A DNA stretch of 64,000 bases from Octopus sinensis (lineage: Eukaryota), in assembly GCF_006345805.1 (NCBI RefSeq), contig NC_043005.1, forward strand, positions 99,696,001-99,760,000, in the 5' to 3' direction. A model generated the notes under the pieces. That model searched no databases. It was not told the origin of the DNA and saw only the letters and a program-made list of their open reading frames with translations. A program made the position numbers and the translations under genes. Positions within the stretch are counted from its first letter, which is position 1. Every line of letters starts with the position of its first letter. Positions 39,621 to 52,699 of the stretch are shown here, piece by piece.

Positions 39621-41104
39621 TTAAACTCTTCTCTTATAACACAGAGAACTAAAATAAGAACAAGTAGTACATTGGGTTTGACTCATCCAGACTAGGTTTC
39701 ATTCCGTCCTTTATCTGCAAACATTTATCTTGGTAAACGAAATCATTGTAAAATTTTAACATTTCAAGCTGTTTGATAGATTACAAGGAAAAATTTATAC
39801 TAAGACAATTGTTTAATCAACCTGCTCTGATCAAGCCGATGTTCCAACTGTGACGATCTTGTCTGTCATTTGGACATTGTGTATCTATGACAACACAATA
39901 GAATGGAAGTATGATGCTTCAAAGAACCATGTAGGGGACGTACCTATTATTTTATCTTTGGCTCAGAGGGAAATGCAAGAAGTTCAAAAGCAATTGATAG
40001 TTTTTAAGTGGTGGAATATTTCCTAGCATGTACTATAGAATAGAATTTTATCAGGTAGGAATAAAAGACAATGACTAGCAACTACAACAAGAATATATTT
40101 CTGCCATATCTTCGATACTTTGTGAAGAATTTTAGACAACAATACCTTAATTAAAGAATATTTAATAATGATTTCATCTAATTATATGACAAAAATCATT
40201 TTGTTGGGGGATTGAATATATAATTAATTGAAATACAAACAAGCCTGGCAGAACTTGAACCCAAAACAGACAAGTTGTTGAAATTTGAATAGAACAAAGA
40301 TTCTAATCTGGCTTTCTTCTATGTCTGTTACCCATTCTGCTTTAGGTAAAAATGATTTCTTACAAGCCTTGTATTTACAGGAATGAGACGAATGGGAAGA
40401 TGTGATGTTTATGGTCTTTTTTCAGATTATATTTGCAGCAAAAATGAAAGAATTCAGAGAAATAATTGAACTTGACCTGCAAATTAGGTTCAATGAGAAT
40501 ATATCACTTTACCATGGCACTTGGCACTAAATGTCAACCAAATAAAACAAACATGATTAATTCTCTTCAGAAATCTAAGAAACTAGAAACTATTGAGTTG
40601 TGGAGTTGTTAGTCTTGGCTACAATTGGCTGATCATTGACTCATCAACAAGTGTTTGATTAGCTACTTCTGTGCCATAGGCCTACTAACACAAAGTTTAC
40701 CATGACAACAACATTAACATCAAGAAGAACTGTAAATAGTGGTTCATTTCTTTGGGTCATTCTGCACTTCTATACAACATTGTAATTGTAGCAATTTGTT
40801 TTGTTTTTTTTTTTGTTTTTTTTATTAATCTTAGAAAGAACAAAGGTCAAGTTGATGTTTAGAATATTTAAACAGAGAAATCAAAAATGGCAAAAGCAAA
40901 TATATCAGAACTCCCCATTTCTCTTACTTGAATAATTCCACACAGAATTCTTTGTGTAAGAAAGTGATATATAGAATCACTGAAATGTCATACAGCAAAA
41001 TGGCTAATCCTGGATTTAATAATGTCATATAATATAGACTTCTTCAACATCATCATCATCATCGTCACTGTTACAACCATCACCATCATCATTATCATCA
41101 TTTC

Positions 41105-41295
41105 TATGGTGAGCTGGGAGAATCATTAATGCATTTCATCTGGCTTTACATTCAGAGTTCAAATTCTGCCAAGCTCAACTTTGCCTTTCATCCTTTAGGA
41201 CAGATAAAATAAGAGTCAGTCAAGTCCTGGAGTTGATGTCATTGACTTCTCTTTTCTCTCAAAACGACTGGTCTTGTGTCAAAGTTTGGAGCCAT
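41105..41295 (+). mobile_element. SINE family A, diverged
   Basis: GGTGAGCTGGGAGAATC..GAGTTCAAATTCTGCC..GCCTTTCATCCTTT. Confidence 0.75.
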
Positions 41296-41326
41296 TATTA
41301 TTATCAGTATTATTATTATTATTATG

Positions 41327-41870
41327 TAAGAGAGCAACATATGCTATTGAAGTGATGTTGGATTGCAAATATACAAAGCTCAATATGCCCATCTAAATAC
41401 CCATCTGATAAGGGTACTCTAAGTACACGCATCACAGTCATATGTGGGTGGCACGGTGACCTCATTTCAAGACAAACAGTTCATGATGTTGCAGTTGGGG
41501 TCCAGTTAAAATTTCTTTCAGGTCAAGTAGCCATCTACTGAAAAGGTCCCTGAATAAGGGTTGTTAAGAATGATGAATAAAACCCTCATGTATCCAAGGT
41601 GAATTATTCGAACCTCAAAGAATCCCTCTAAAAACATGGCTTTATGATGCGCCCCAACTACTTCTGTTTGTGATCAAAGATGCACATATCTTCAGGCACT
41701 AAAGGACATGCTCAATTGGTTAAGGTCAAGCAACTAACAAGCAAATCTGCAGTATTGAACAGACTATTTACTGTAGCTCATATTTTACATGAAGACAAAA
41801 CCTGTACATGATAACACTTCCAATCAATTAAGATCAGAGAGTCACTGCCTGGTAGTGTGTCAGGACATAT
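41327..41870 (-). mobile_element. Non-coding (TAA)n-embedded interspersed repeat; other copies at 42335-42405 and 53836-54325
   Basis: Reverse complement of 53836-54325; bounded by ATT/TAA runs. Confidence 0.75.
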
Positions 41871-41969
41871 TATTATCATTACTACTATTATTATTATCAT
41901 TATGAGTTTTTCTTCTTTCAATTCTATTTTCATTTCTTGCCAAGTGTCTTCCTAGCTCCTAGGGCAAAT

Positions 41970-42306
41970 GGTAAAGACTCCTTTGGTCATGCATAACAAT
42001 GAGACACCACTTAGAAAGTTCCCCTCCAAAGGCACAAGTCTAGGCAAGGTTGTTTGTCCAAGAGCAGCAGTCACCCATGCAGTCATCTTCCCTCTCCATG
42101 CCACCAATGTTATCCAAGGGAAAGGAAAAGGGTGATAAACCTTGGCACCAGTGACGTCACAACTCATTTCTACAGCTGATTAAACTGTAGCAACACGAAA
42201 CAAAGTGTCTTATTCAAGAACACAACACATAGCCCAGTCCAGGAATCGAATTCACTATCTCATGATTTGGGCCCAACACTCTAATTACTGAGCCATGAAC
42301 CTTCAC
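41970..42306 (-). mobile_element. SINE family C
   Basis: Reverse-complement match to 30000-30335. Confidence 0.85.
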
Positions 42307-42451
42307 AGAAACTCACTGTATAGATTGATAGGCCATTAAATCTGTGGTATTGAGAAGAATATTTGCTGTAGCCCATCTTTTATACCAAGACAAAACAATG
42401 TACATGTTGTTGTTGTTATTATTATTATTATCATTATTATTATTATTATTA

Positions 42452-42912
42452 CTGAGCTGGTAGAATTGTTAGCACACTGGATTAAGCGGTTAGCGGTATT
42501 TTGCCTGTCACTATGTTCTGAGTTCAAATTCCGTCAAGGTTGACTTTGCCTTTCATCCTTTCGGGGTTGATAAATTAAGTACCAGTTGCATACTGAGGTT
42601 GATCTAATCGAATGTCCCCCCCCCAAAATTTCAGGCCTTGTGCCTATAGTAGAAAGGATTATTATTATTATTATCGTCATCATCATCATCATTATATAGG
42701 GTTGTGAGCTGGCAGAATCATTAGAACACTGAACAAAATGCTTAGTGGTATTTCGTCTGTCTTTACAGTCTGAGTTCAAATTCTGATGAGGTCAACTTTG
42801 CCTTTCATCCTTTCAGGGTTGATAAAATAAATACCAGTTGAGTATAGGGATCAAAGTAATTGACTAACAACACTCCCCCAAATTTCAGGCACTGGTGTCA
42901 TTAGTAGAAAAA
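42452..42912 (+). mobile_element. Two adjacent SINE family A copies (42452-42660 and 42700-42912)
   Basis: Each has a head, B-box, core and (ATT)n tail. Confidence 0.88.
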
Positions 42913-42933
42913 ATTATTATTATTATTATTATT

Positions 42934-44487
42934 CAGTAGTTTTATTTTTATAGCGTGCTTTCACTTCACTACCGAGCGCAGCTCTGTGTGCCTTGGGTAT
43001 GTGCTGTGATTTGTTGTGATGCTCTGATGGTTATTGTATGGAAAGTGTTCTGCGTAGGATGTGTGCAGTGCCTAGTAGTGCAATTTTCTGTATGTTATAT
43101 GTGTTTGTAAGTCCTGGTGTTTTTGTTATGTATTTGTCTGAATATTTTTTTATCATGCCTAATGCACCTACTATGATAGGAATTGTTTCTGTTTTCAGAT
43201 TCCACATTCTAGTTACCTCTATTTCCAGGTCTTTGTATTTGAGAGTTTCTCCATTTCTTTTAGAGACACGTTGTCATCAGCCGGTATTGATACATCAATT
43301 AGAAAGCATTTTTTTCCTTCATGATCTCTGACAACTATATCTGGTCTGTTGGCCTTAATTTCTCTATCTGTGTGTATCAGCATATCCCAGAGTATGGTTG
43401 CTTTCTCGTTTTCTGTGACCTTTTCTGGTGTGTGCCTATACCATCTTTTTCTGTTGTTATTCCATAATGTTGGCATAGCTTCCAATGTATGTAGGTTCCA
43501 ACTCTGTCATGTCTGTGAATATATCCTTCTTAGCCAGGACTGGGCAGCTAGAGATAATATGATTTATTGTTTCTTGTCCATCTCCACATATTCTGCAGTT
43601 ACTTGTAATATTTCTTTTCATTACATGTTTTTGGTAATTTCTGGTGGGGAGGCTTTGGTCTTGTGCTGCAATTAAAAATCCCTCTGTTTCTGCTTTGAGT
43701 CCTGAGCTTCTCAACCATTGCTGGGATTTTTCTTTGTCTATTTCTTTTGCATTTAGTTTAGTCCAGTATTTGCCATGAAGGGGCTTTTCTTGCCATCGTT
43801 TTATCATGGTTCGTTGCTGTTCTACTTTTAGTTTGGATTTCATTTGTTTTATAGCTTTTGTTGTTTCTTCATCTTCTTCTTCGTCTTCTTCTTCTTCTTC
43901 TTCTTCTTCATGTTTATTAGGTGGTATGATTTCTTGTTTGTATTTGTCAGCTTCCTTAAATACTGAGAACAGTTTTTTGTTTTGCTCGTGTTTTGCCGCT
44001 ATCTGGATCAGTTTTCCTTCCTTCTGAAGTAGATATTTTTGCAGTCCTATGGTGGTTATTTTATAGTAGTTTTCCAGCTGTATAAGGTCTCTACCACCTT
44101 CTATACGTTGTATATATAGTCTTTCTATGTCAGATTTTGGGTGATGCATCCTAGATCCTGTCATTATTTTTCTTGTTTTCCTATCTATTTTGGTCAGTTC
44201 ATTTCGTGTCCAGTTAAGGATATTGTAGCTGTAACTTATAACTGGGACAGCTAAAGTTTTGATACCTATTATCTTGTTTTTAGCATTGAGCTCTGTTTTT
44301 AGTATTGATCTAACTCGTCTATAATATTCTTTTTTATTTTCTCTTTCATTTGTGTGTGTTGTGTCTTATCTAATTCATGGATTCCTAAGTATTTGTAAGT
44401 TTGGCTTTGGTCTAATTCTTTTATTTCATTGGTTTTATCTAGTGTGATGTTGTTACTCTTAACTAGTTTTCCTCTTTTCATGGTTAC

Positions 44488-44488
<1 letters not shown>
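42934..44488 (-). mobile_element. 5'-truncated R4/Dong-clade non-LTR retrotransposon (RT C-terminus, CCHC knuckle, restriction-like endonuclease), frameshifted
   Basis: YKYLG, RLYIQRIEGGR, ETEGFLIAAQDQSL, CRICGDGQETINHIISSC, ILWD..IHTDREIKANRPDIVV..LIDVSIP..KEMEKL; both ends lie in (TAA)n, the known Dong target. Confidence 0.92.
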
Positions 44489-44540
<52 letters not shown>

Positions 44541-44557
44541 ATTATTACAATTACATA

Positions 44558-44910
44558 AGGCAGTGAGCTGGCAGAATCGTTAGCCTGTTGGGTGAAATGC
44601 TTTCCAGTATTTCGTCTGCCACTACATTCTGAGTTCAAACTCTGCTGAGGTCAACTTTGCCTTTCATCCTTTCAGGGTCGATAAATTAAGTACCAGTGAA
44701 ATACTGGGGTTGATGTAATTTGAAACTATTATTATTATAATTACAAGAAAAGGCAGTGATCTTTAATTTCTGAGTTCAAATGTTGCTGTGGTCACCTTCA
44801 CCTTTTGTCCTTTTGTGATTAATAAAAATAATACCAAATGAGCACTGGGGTTGATGAAATAGACTAGCCCCACCCAACAAAATTCAAAATCTTATGCCTA
44901 CAGTAGAAGA
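44558..44910 (+). mobile_element. Two SINE family A copies, both partial
   Basis: Heads at about 44558 and 44750, with core sequence. Confidence 0.8.
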
Positions 44911-45093
44911 AAAGCATTGCTCAACCCTAGTATGGAAAGTCTTTGCTAATGTGCATTGCAGAGAAGTTGCACTCAGAACCCTGGGCTGTAGTGCAAACCT
45001 TCTCACAAAGCTTTAACATCCTTTCTTGTAAAATTTTCTTTTATTGGTTCCTATATTTAGTTTGAATTAAAATTTCCTATACAGACTGATGGG

Positions 45094-45488
45094 TACTCTT
45101 TTACTTGTTTCAGTCATTTGACTGTGGCCATGCTGGAGCACCGTCTTTAGTTGAGCAAATCAACCCCAGGACTTATTCTTTGTAAGCCTAGTACTTATTC
45201 TATCTGTCTCTTTTGCCTAACCACTAAGTTACAGAGACATAAACACACCAACATCAATCGTTAAGCAATGTTGAGGGGAGAAACACAGACACACAAACAT
45301 ACACACACACACATATATATATAAGATGGGCTTCTTTCAGTTTCCATCTACCAAATCCACTCATAAGGCTTTGGTTGGCTTGAGGCTATAGTAGAAGACA
45401 CTTGCCCAAGGTGCCATGTAGTGGGACTGAACCCGGAATCATGTGGTTTGTAAACAAGCTACTTACCACACAGCCACTCCCATGCCTA
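45094..45488 (-). mobile_element. SINE family B, full length
   Basis: Same organisation as 22352-22745. Confidence 0.92.
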
Positions 45489-45496
45489 TGGAAAGT

Positions 45497-45556
45497 GATG
45501 AACAACCTTAATCAATTTTTGAACCTTATTGGGTTCTCATCAGAGGTGTCTACATC
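45497..45556 (-). ncRNA. Minimal type I hammerhead motif with G12 mutated to A
   Basis: Minus strand: ACCT-CTGATGA-GAACC caataa GGTTC-AAAA-ATTGAT-TA-AGGT, with outer GATG/CATC pairing. Confidence 0.65.
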
Positions 45557-46084
45557 ATTCTACTCGTAGAAGGCAATTTTACTCGTAGAAGGCAATTTGA
45601 ATACACCCTAACCTCTTGCATTTTTTTTTTTTAAATACAATCATTAAGAATTGAAAATGAATTCCAAAGACAAATTTGAAGCATTTTTACTTTCATCACA
45701 CTGAAAATTCTGAGAGAAAATATTTCAATTTTATGAAAGAACATATAATTTCTGATGTTAGTAGCTGTGAAAATGAAATTAAAAAAAAAAAAGAAAAACA
45801 TTTGTATAAATAGATCAATCAATGCCATACTATTGATATTACCAAAATTTTTAGTGTCACTCGAAAGGAGACAAGACAAATATACTTTTCATTGCAAGTA
45901 ACAGCACACCATTAATAAGGAATTATGGGTGTGAATGAAAACTTGTAAAAATTGTTCCAAATAGAAGTTGTATGAGTCAATGAAGGCAGCACTTACCATA
46001 TAAACTTATGTATGGAACATAACAGTGACTTCTAGTCTTTCTGTGTGTTTATGTTGTATCTCTTCTTTTCCTCAGAACTGAATC

Positions 46085-46440
46085 GATTTGACATTTAATA
46101 CATGACGTATGTGGTCTCAACAAGATGCTACGACTGACCAGAGAGAAAGAGCTTTCACGGATGTCATTCAAGATATGTTTAATGAGAATGTCATTTCCCA
46201 GTACAATGACAGGCCATGGCCGGCTTGGTTGCGTAATATTTCAGCACGTGTTTATTTCCTTTTGTGCTTCTTCAATGAGAATGTGTTTGTCAACAAACTG
46301 TGCATGCAGGAGGAATTTAAAGCTTCTCCGCATCGAGGAATTCAAGACATGGTGTGAGATGCAATAAAGAACTCCAAGCTTAGGCTACAAGTATACTTAT
46401 GGAATAGTTATTTGGATGATGGTATTTCCAAGACTAAATG
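46085..46440 (+). pseudogene. Tc1/mariner DD41D (rosa-like) transposase C-terminal relic
   Basis: MWSQQDATT..DMFNENVISQYNDRPWPAWLRNISARVYFLLCFFNENVFVNK aligns to the WFQQDGA..WPxRSPDLxPxDFFLWGYLKxKVY motif; 41 residues lie between the second D and the decayed third D position. Confidence 0.75.
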
Positions 46441-46567
46441 AACAGTTACGTGTATATTACATCATTTTACACATTTACACAATAACATTTGGTAATGTCC
46501 TACTATGCCAGCTTTATTTTACACTTTTAATAACCTGACAGATTTATGGATAAATCTATAAAATATG

Positions 46568-46794
46568 TTCTGTTGTGTCTGGGGAGAGTCATTTTGTTTT
46601 GTGCCTTATAAAGTAACACACTTACCGGTAAAATTTCCACTTATTCTTATTTTTATTTTCCTAAAATTTTCGTTGCATCTTGCAACCTTTTCAATAGTTT
46701 TGACTCTCAATAAGGAATAAGTGGAAAGTTGACCGGTGAGTGTGTTAAATTATAAGGCACAAAAAGAAAACGACTCTCCCCAGACACAACAGAA
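46568..46794 (-). mobile_element. Penelope-like terminal element with ~85-bp inverted arms (46568-46651 and 46709-46794)
   Basis: Arms are imperfect reverse complements; the spacer holds a hammerhead-like motif. Confidence 0.6.
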
Positions 46795-48089
46795 TATGCT
46801 TCAATACACGAACTCACATAAAGATCTTGCAAACCAAATCCAAAAACGAAACTATACCTTGACTATCTGCATTATCTATTTGTCTGGCTGTCTGACTGGT
46901 TGTCTGTCTATCTGTCTAAATATATCTTATTATCTTGCACACATACACGCACAAACCACATATATATCCGAGAACAAATTAAACAGGAGATTTAGAGAAA
47001 CTTTATTATAACATCATAAATTATGTAATCTTAACATATGTTTTACTTTCCTATTCTAGAGTGTTGTGCAGCAATTATTACTTGCACAGTTGCATAATCA
47101 CCTTGAGACACCTGATCTTCAAAGGATAACAGTAATTTAATCCAGATTCATTTACCAATCTCAGTTGGTAGGCAAAACTAAACGAGAACTGCAGTTCTTA
47201 TTTAGCTCTACTTACGCCTGTTCCTGTCCCTTTATCTTACTTTAACTTTCAATGTGGCACAAAGCTACTTCCATCAATCCTACATTCCAACTGTGTCAAG
47301 GGAAAAGCTTACAATTTTGAAATACTTTTTACAGATTTCTATAGAATGGTTTGATGATTCTGAGTTGAGCAAAGTTTTATGGATGAACTGGTTTGAAGTT
47401 GTTTTGCACTTAAAAAGAAAGACTTGATCTTAAGAAACTAGCGTTTCAGAATGGAATTTAGGAATACAATTTGTGATAAAGTGTCTTAACTTCTGTTACA
47501 ACATTGTACCACATGGGACTGCATTGGTCAGTCAGTCCTGAAGCGCATGATATCACGAAAATCTTACTAACCAAGTTTACATTCATTTCAAAGAAAGTGA
47601 AGAATTCTCTCATGCAATGGAGAAAAGTCCAACTCTTGCTTCCATCATTGATTTTTGTTCTGTAATAGAATCATTGTATGAACTGGCTTTTGACTAGGAA
47701 CGTTTCCACTGGAGTGTCAAGATTTTGTATATGTGTGTTTCTGTGGTTCTAAAGATAATGTGCATCTCTTAAATTGTTTGTTGTTTTGGTTCAGAAATAT
47801 TTGCGATATTAGTGGTGCTTTGTCTGTTGCTTTGGAATGGCAAAGAGAAATGTTTTACAATATTTCATTAATTAATGCCCAGTTAATTTGGCATTTGTAA
47901 GTCTTTGATAGTAAGGTGAAATTAAGAGAAAAACATCTTAATAACTAAACCTTGAAGATACTGCCAAAAAATTGGCCACAATATGATGACTAGAAGCATA
48001 AAAGAATAATGGTGTATTTTTGTGTACATTTGTATATTCAAATTCATGTAAAAGATATGCATACATGTGAAAAAACACATGTGAATATG

Positions 48090-48137
<48 letters not shown>

Positions 48138-48175
48138 ACTATCTATCTATCTAACTATCTATCTATTTATCTATC
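48090..48175. repeat. (TATC)n microsatellite
   Basis: Directly visible. Confidence 0.95.
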
Positions 48176-48303
48176 AGTCAAAATACACACACACACACAC
48201 ACACAGACATGTATATGTGCATATGCTCACATAGATATGTATCTTGTGGTGTTTGAGCACTCATTTTCATCATTTGACATTTACCTCTCCTTGTTTTTTT
48301 CTG

Positions 48304-48346
48304 TGTCCTTTTCTGTAGAAGAGCATAGGCTCGAAAAGTAAAAGAC
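48304..48346 (+). ncRNA. Minimal hammerhead-like motif (variant core CUGUAGA) in a short repeat at about 48240-48435
   Basis: tttt-CTGTAGA-a-GAGC atag GCTC-GAAA-AG-TA-aaag. Confidence 0.5.
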
Positions 48347-48909
48347 TTTTTCAATTCCTGTGTGTTATACTAATACATCTGTTTGTTTTATACACCACCT
48401 GTCTTTGTCTTTTGTTTTTTCCGCAAACTCTCCCTATATATATATATAAATATATGCACACACACCAGCATATTTGTATGTATGCATACACAAATGAATA
48501 CACATATCTATATACATATATTTACTTACACGCATGCACACACACACATATATATATACATATGCATATAGGCACACAAATATGCATATCTCTCTATCTA
48601 TACACACACACACACACGTACAGTGCGTTAAGGTCAAATGCATAAATATTAAAGTGCTCAAACTCATACAAGCTTATATATTTATCCACACACCTTGCTT
48701 TCTAACATATAGTGTATATGGATGTATATTAGAGTATGAAAGAAATAAAACAACATCAAGCAGTGACACCTCCTTGTATAATAATTTTTAAATGATGAAT
48801 CTATTTCATCATAACTATATGTCACAGTTGAGATAATACCAAGTGGAACACTTCAGAAGTTTACTTCTTAGAAAATCATATTATATAACTACACTATCAC
48901 CATCACAAC

Positions 48910-48951
<42 letters not shown>

Positions 48952-49098
48952 AATTTTAATGTCTGCTGTCTGCACACGCACACACATACATGTATACATG
49001 TGTGCATATATATACATGTATATATATGTGTGTGTGTATGATAATATGATAAAATAGTAATCTAGATTGACATGTGTATGAATAAATGTTTATACATC

Positions 49099-49140
<42 letters not shown>

Positions 49141-51289
49141 TATTCTAATATGTGTGAATATGTGTATGTAAATGTATATGTATGTTTATATATATATATA
49201 TATATATATTTACATATACATATGTATGTCTGTGTATATATATATGTACATCTCTATCTCACTCTCTATATACACACACACACATGCATAAATATATATG
49301 CATAGAAGCATGCATGTGTATAATTATGTGTGTATATGCATATGTGAGTGACAAGGCCCATTCACATGCATACGCACCTACATATGTAAATGCCACACAA
49401 AAGCAATATTGTGAAAAAGAAAGCAAGAAACGTAGGAAGATAACAAAGCAGAAGAGACAAATATTATGGAGTCTGGAATATGTCAAGTTTTCCTTTTTTC
49501 ATGCATTAGTTTTTGATAATTTTGTAGGAGAAAACAGCAGCAAATAACAACAACAACAACTGTAATAATAATAATAGTAATAATAATAATAATGATAATA
49601 ATAATAATAGTAATAATTTTTCTGCTAGCTTTTGTAAAGATTCAGACATTTTTGTGACAAGCCCTCCCAAGTTACCATAGTAAGTTCTTCACCGTTTTGT
49701 TAAGGTGTATCTGTGAATAATTTTCTATCAGTATACACTCACATGTACGCACACATACAGACACACACACATGTAAGCACATATTTGCTTTTTCTTTTGT
49801 TTTGTTTATTTAGAATTTTAAAATGTTAGAAATTTGAAAAATATTTATATAAATGTACACAAAGATTACTAAAACATGCTCAAATATACTACTTCTACTA
49901 CGTCGATGACGATGGCAGCAAAGAAGAAGAAGGAGGAGAAGGAGGGGGAGGAAGAAGAAGAAAATGAAGAAGTAGAAAAAGAAGGGGAGGAGGAGGAGGA
50001 TTATATACAAATAAAGGGAAATCATGTAGAAAATGTTTAAACTAAATATAAGTTAGCCAATTTTAGAATGATCAGCGCTGTCAAATTTAAACCAGGAGAG
50101 ATTTGATTACAGGTGGTTGTAGAAAAGAAAGACAATCACGGAAAACAGGAGTAGGGAGTGGCTGAATATACCCTACCACCACCACCACCACCACCACTTC
50201 CCCACTGAAACAACAAGAAGAAATGAAGAATATCGTAAAAAATATCAGAAGGAAATGAAGGAGGAAGTACAAGATGGAGAATGTTTCCTAAAAGTTTTGT
50301 CATATTCTCCATACAATGAACGGAATCAGGGTTGGCTGTAAGCAAATATCTTTTCTATTCTCAAAGGTTTTACACATTTTGAAAAAGGAAACTTAACACA
50401 GAAATATTGACATATATACACAGAAATGATATATTTTCTCTGTTTTCCTACATATTAAATACCTTTCATAAATGGACACAGAAATATCTAAGAGCTATTT
50501 TCTGTTTTATTGTTTTGTTTTATTTCTGAAAGTTGGCAGATATTGGAGAAGAAAAGTAAAAGACTTATCTGTTTATTTTTTGTATTTTTTATGTTGCATT
50601 TTTTTATTGGGTGTAAAAAATATCTGACACAATGTAAATGTTGGTATATTTCTGTGTCAGAATTAATACAGGAAAGAAGAGAAGGACTTTAGTTTCAATG
50701 AAAATGGTTTCTTTAAATAACAGAACAAAATCATAAAGGAAAAAAAAATACTCATAAATTGTACAGGAAACATATATTTTAAATATTTTTTTACTACTTA
50801 TTTATTCAACTGTTCTTGTATTGCTTCATAAAAGTGAATTTTACAAAATTCTTTTTTCAAATTTGTAAACAATAATAATGATACAAAACAAAATATTAAA
50901 CATATGATGATGATGAGAACAACAACAACAACAACAATAATGTTAAGAGTCATAATGATATTTCTGTTGGCCACAAGGGCCCAAAAAGGCTGAGATGATA
51001 TCAAACAACACTGGCATGTTGATGAACTCCAAAAGTGTGCTACCAATGATATACAAGAAACACTGCTTTTAGATTACATCATTTAGTATCTGATACAGAA
51101 AAGAAATATTTATCCTGAATACAGGGAAATCAGGGCCTTATATAATCAGGAAAATATTATAAAGTATTCATTCTATGATCAAGAAAAATATCAATAAAAG
51201 AATGGCGAAAAATTAACCCTGATAACCATTAAACACGAAATAAAAATTTAGAAATGCGTTTTCTGTCTTGGAGGAAGCCAATGAATATA

Positions 51290-51885
51290 AAACAAAGTAT
51301 GAAATGACAGAATGTTATGAAGAAGAATTAGGACCAATAACAGAAATTGTGAGAAAGCTACAAAAAACAAGCATACAATATGTCATACTAAAGGAATGGC
51401 AAGAAAACCCACTGCATGTCCAATACCTGGGGATAAAATGAGTGGGTGGATGTGGAGAATAAAATTTGTAATTGAGGCCAAGAAATACAAGATGGAAAAA
51501 GGTAAAACTGAAGGATTCTTGAGTGCAGCACAAGATCAAAAGCTTCCCATCAGAAACTATCAAAAGCACATAATGAAGCTGATTATATGGAAATGGGAAG
51601 AAACAATTAGCTGTAATGAGTTTTGAAGCTTTTGTCAGCATTAGGAAATACCATCAGAAATGAGATGGAATAGGTGTACACCAAAAATTGAGAAAATAGT
51701 CATCCTCTGAGCTTTGCTAATTCACATAGACAAGAAAGTCAAAGTTAATTAACTAGACATTAATGTCAAAGTCTAATGGGAGAAGAAATTCTACTTAATA
51801 TATTAGTAAAAAATGACAATGTATCTCTCACAGAAATGGAGAAATTATCCAAATCTGTTAATTAAGATAAGTCATATGTGGCACG
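51290..51885 (+). mobile_element. Degenerate R4/Dong LINE fragment
   Basis: KTEGFLSAAQDQKLPIRNYQKHIMK is homologous to ETEGFLIAAQDQSLPTRNYQKHVMK in 42934-44488. Confidence 0.75.
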
Positions 51886-51887
51886 AG

Positions 51888-52410
51888 TGTCATCATCATC
51901 ATCATCATCATTTAACGTCCACTTTCCGTGCTAGCATGGGTTGGACGATTTGACTGTGGGTTGGCGAACCAGATGGCTGCACCAGGCTCCAGTCTGATCT
52001 GGCAGAGTTTCTACAGCTGGATGCCCTTCCTAACGCCAACCACTCCAAGAGTGTAGTGGGTGCTTTTGCATGCCACCAGCACAAAGGCCAGTCAGATGGT
52101 ACTGGCAATGGCCATGCTCAAATGGTGTTTTTTACGTGCCACCTGCACAGGATCCAGTGCAGCGGCACTAGCAACAACCTCACTCGAATGTTTTTTCATG
52201 TGACACCGGCACAAGTGCCAGTACGGTGACACTGGTAATGATCATGCTTGAATGGTGCTTTTTAGGTGCCACTGGCACGGAAGCCAGTCAGCTGCTCTGG
52301 CAACGATCACACTCGGATGGTGTTCTTAGCGCTCCACTAGCACAGATGCCAGTCATCGAATTTGATTTCAACTTCAATTTTACTTGCCTCAACGGGTCTT
52401 TGCAAGCAGT
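51888..52410 (-). mobile_element. RTE 3'UTR and tail
   Basis: Reverse complement of about 545-936, including the (CAT)n tail and the repeated GGTG.TTTTTACGTGCCAC motifs. Confidence 0.88.
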
Positions 52411-52699
52411 GTGAAAACAGAAACAATCTTCATAATAATAGGTGTCTTTAGAATAATAAAAAACAAACATGGAGACATATATATATATATATATATATAT
52501 AAGTAGGTGAATGAATTATCCTATGTTTATTCTCAGCATGAAAAATTCGTTTAACCGAAACCTGGGTAGCAAATTCACTTCAGAAAACACGGTTGAAGCG
52601 ACCTGTCAAGGGTAGAAACTCTGGGTTCATGTGTAGAAATTTGTGTGTTGTATATGAATAAATGAAAGAATGGAGTCGAACGAAGATGTTAACAAAATT

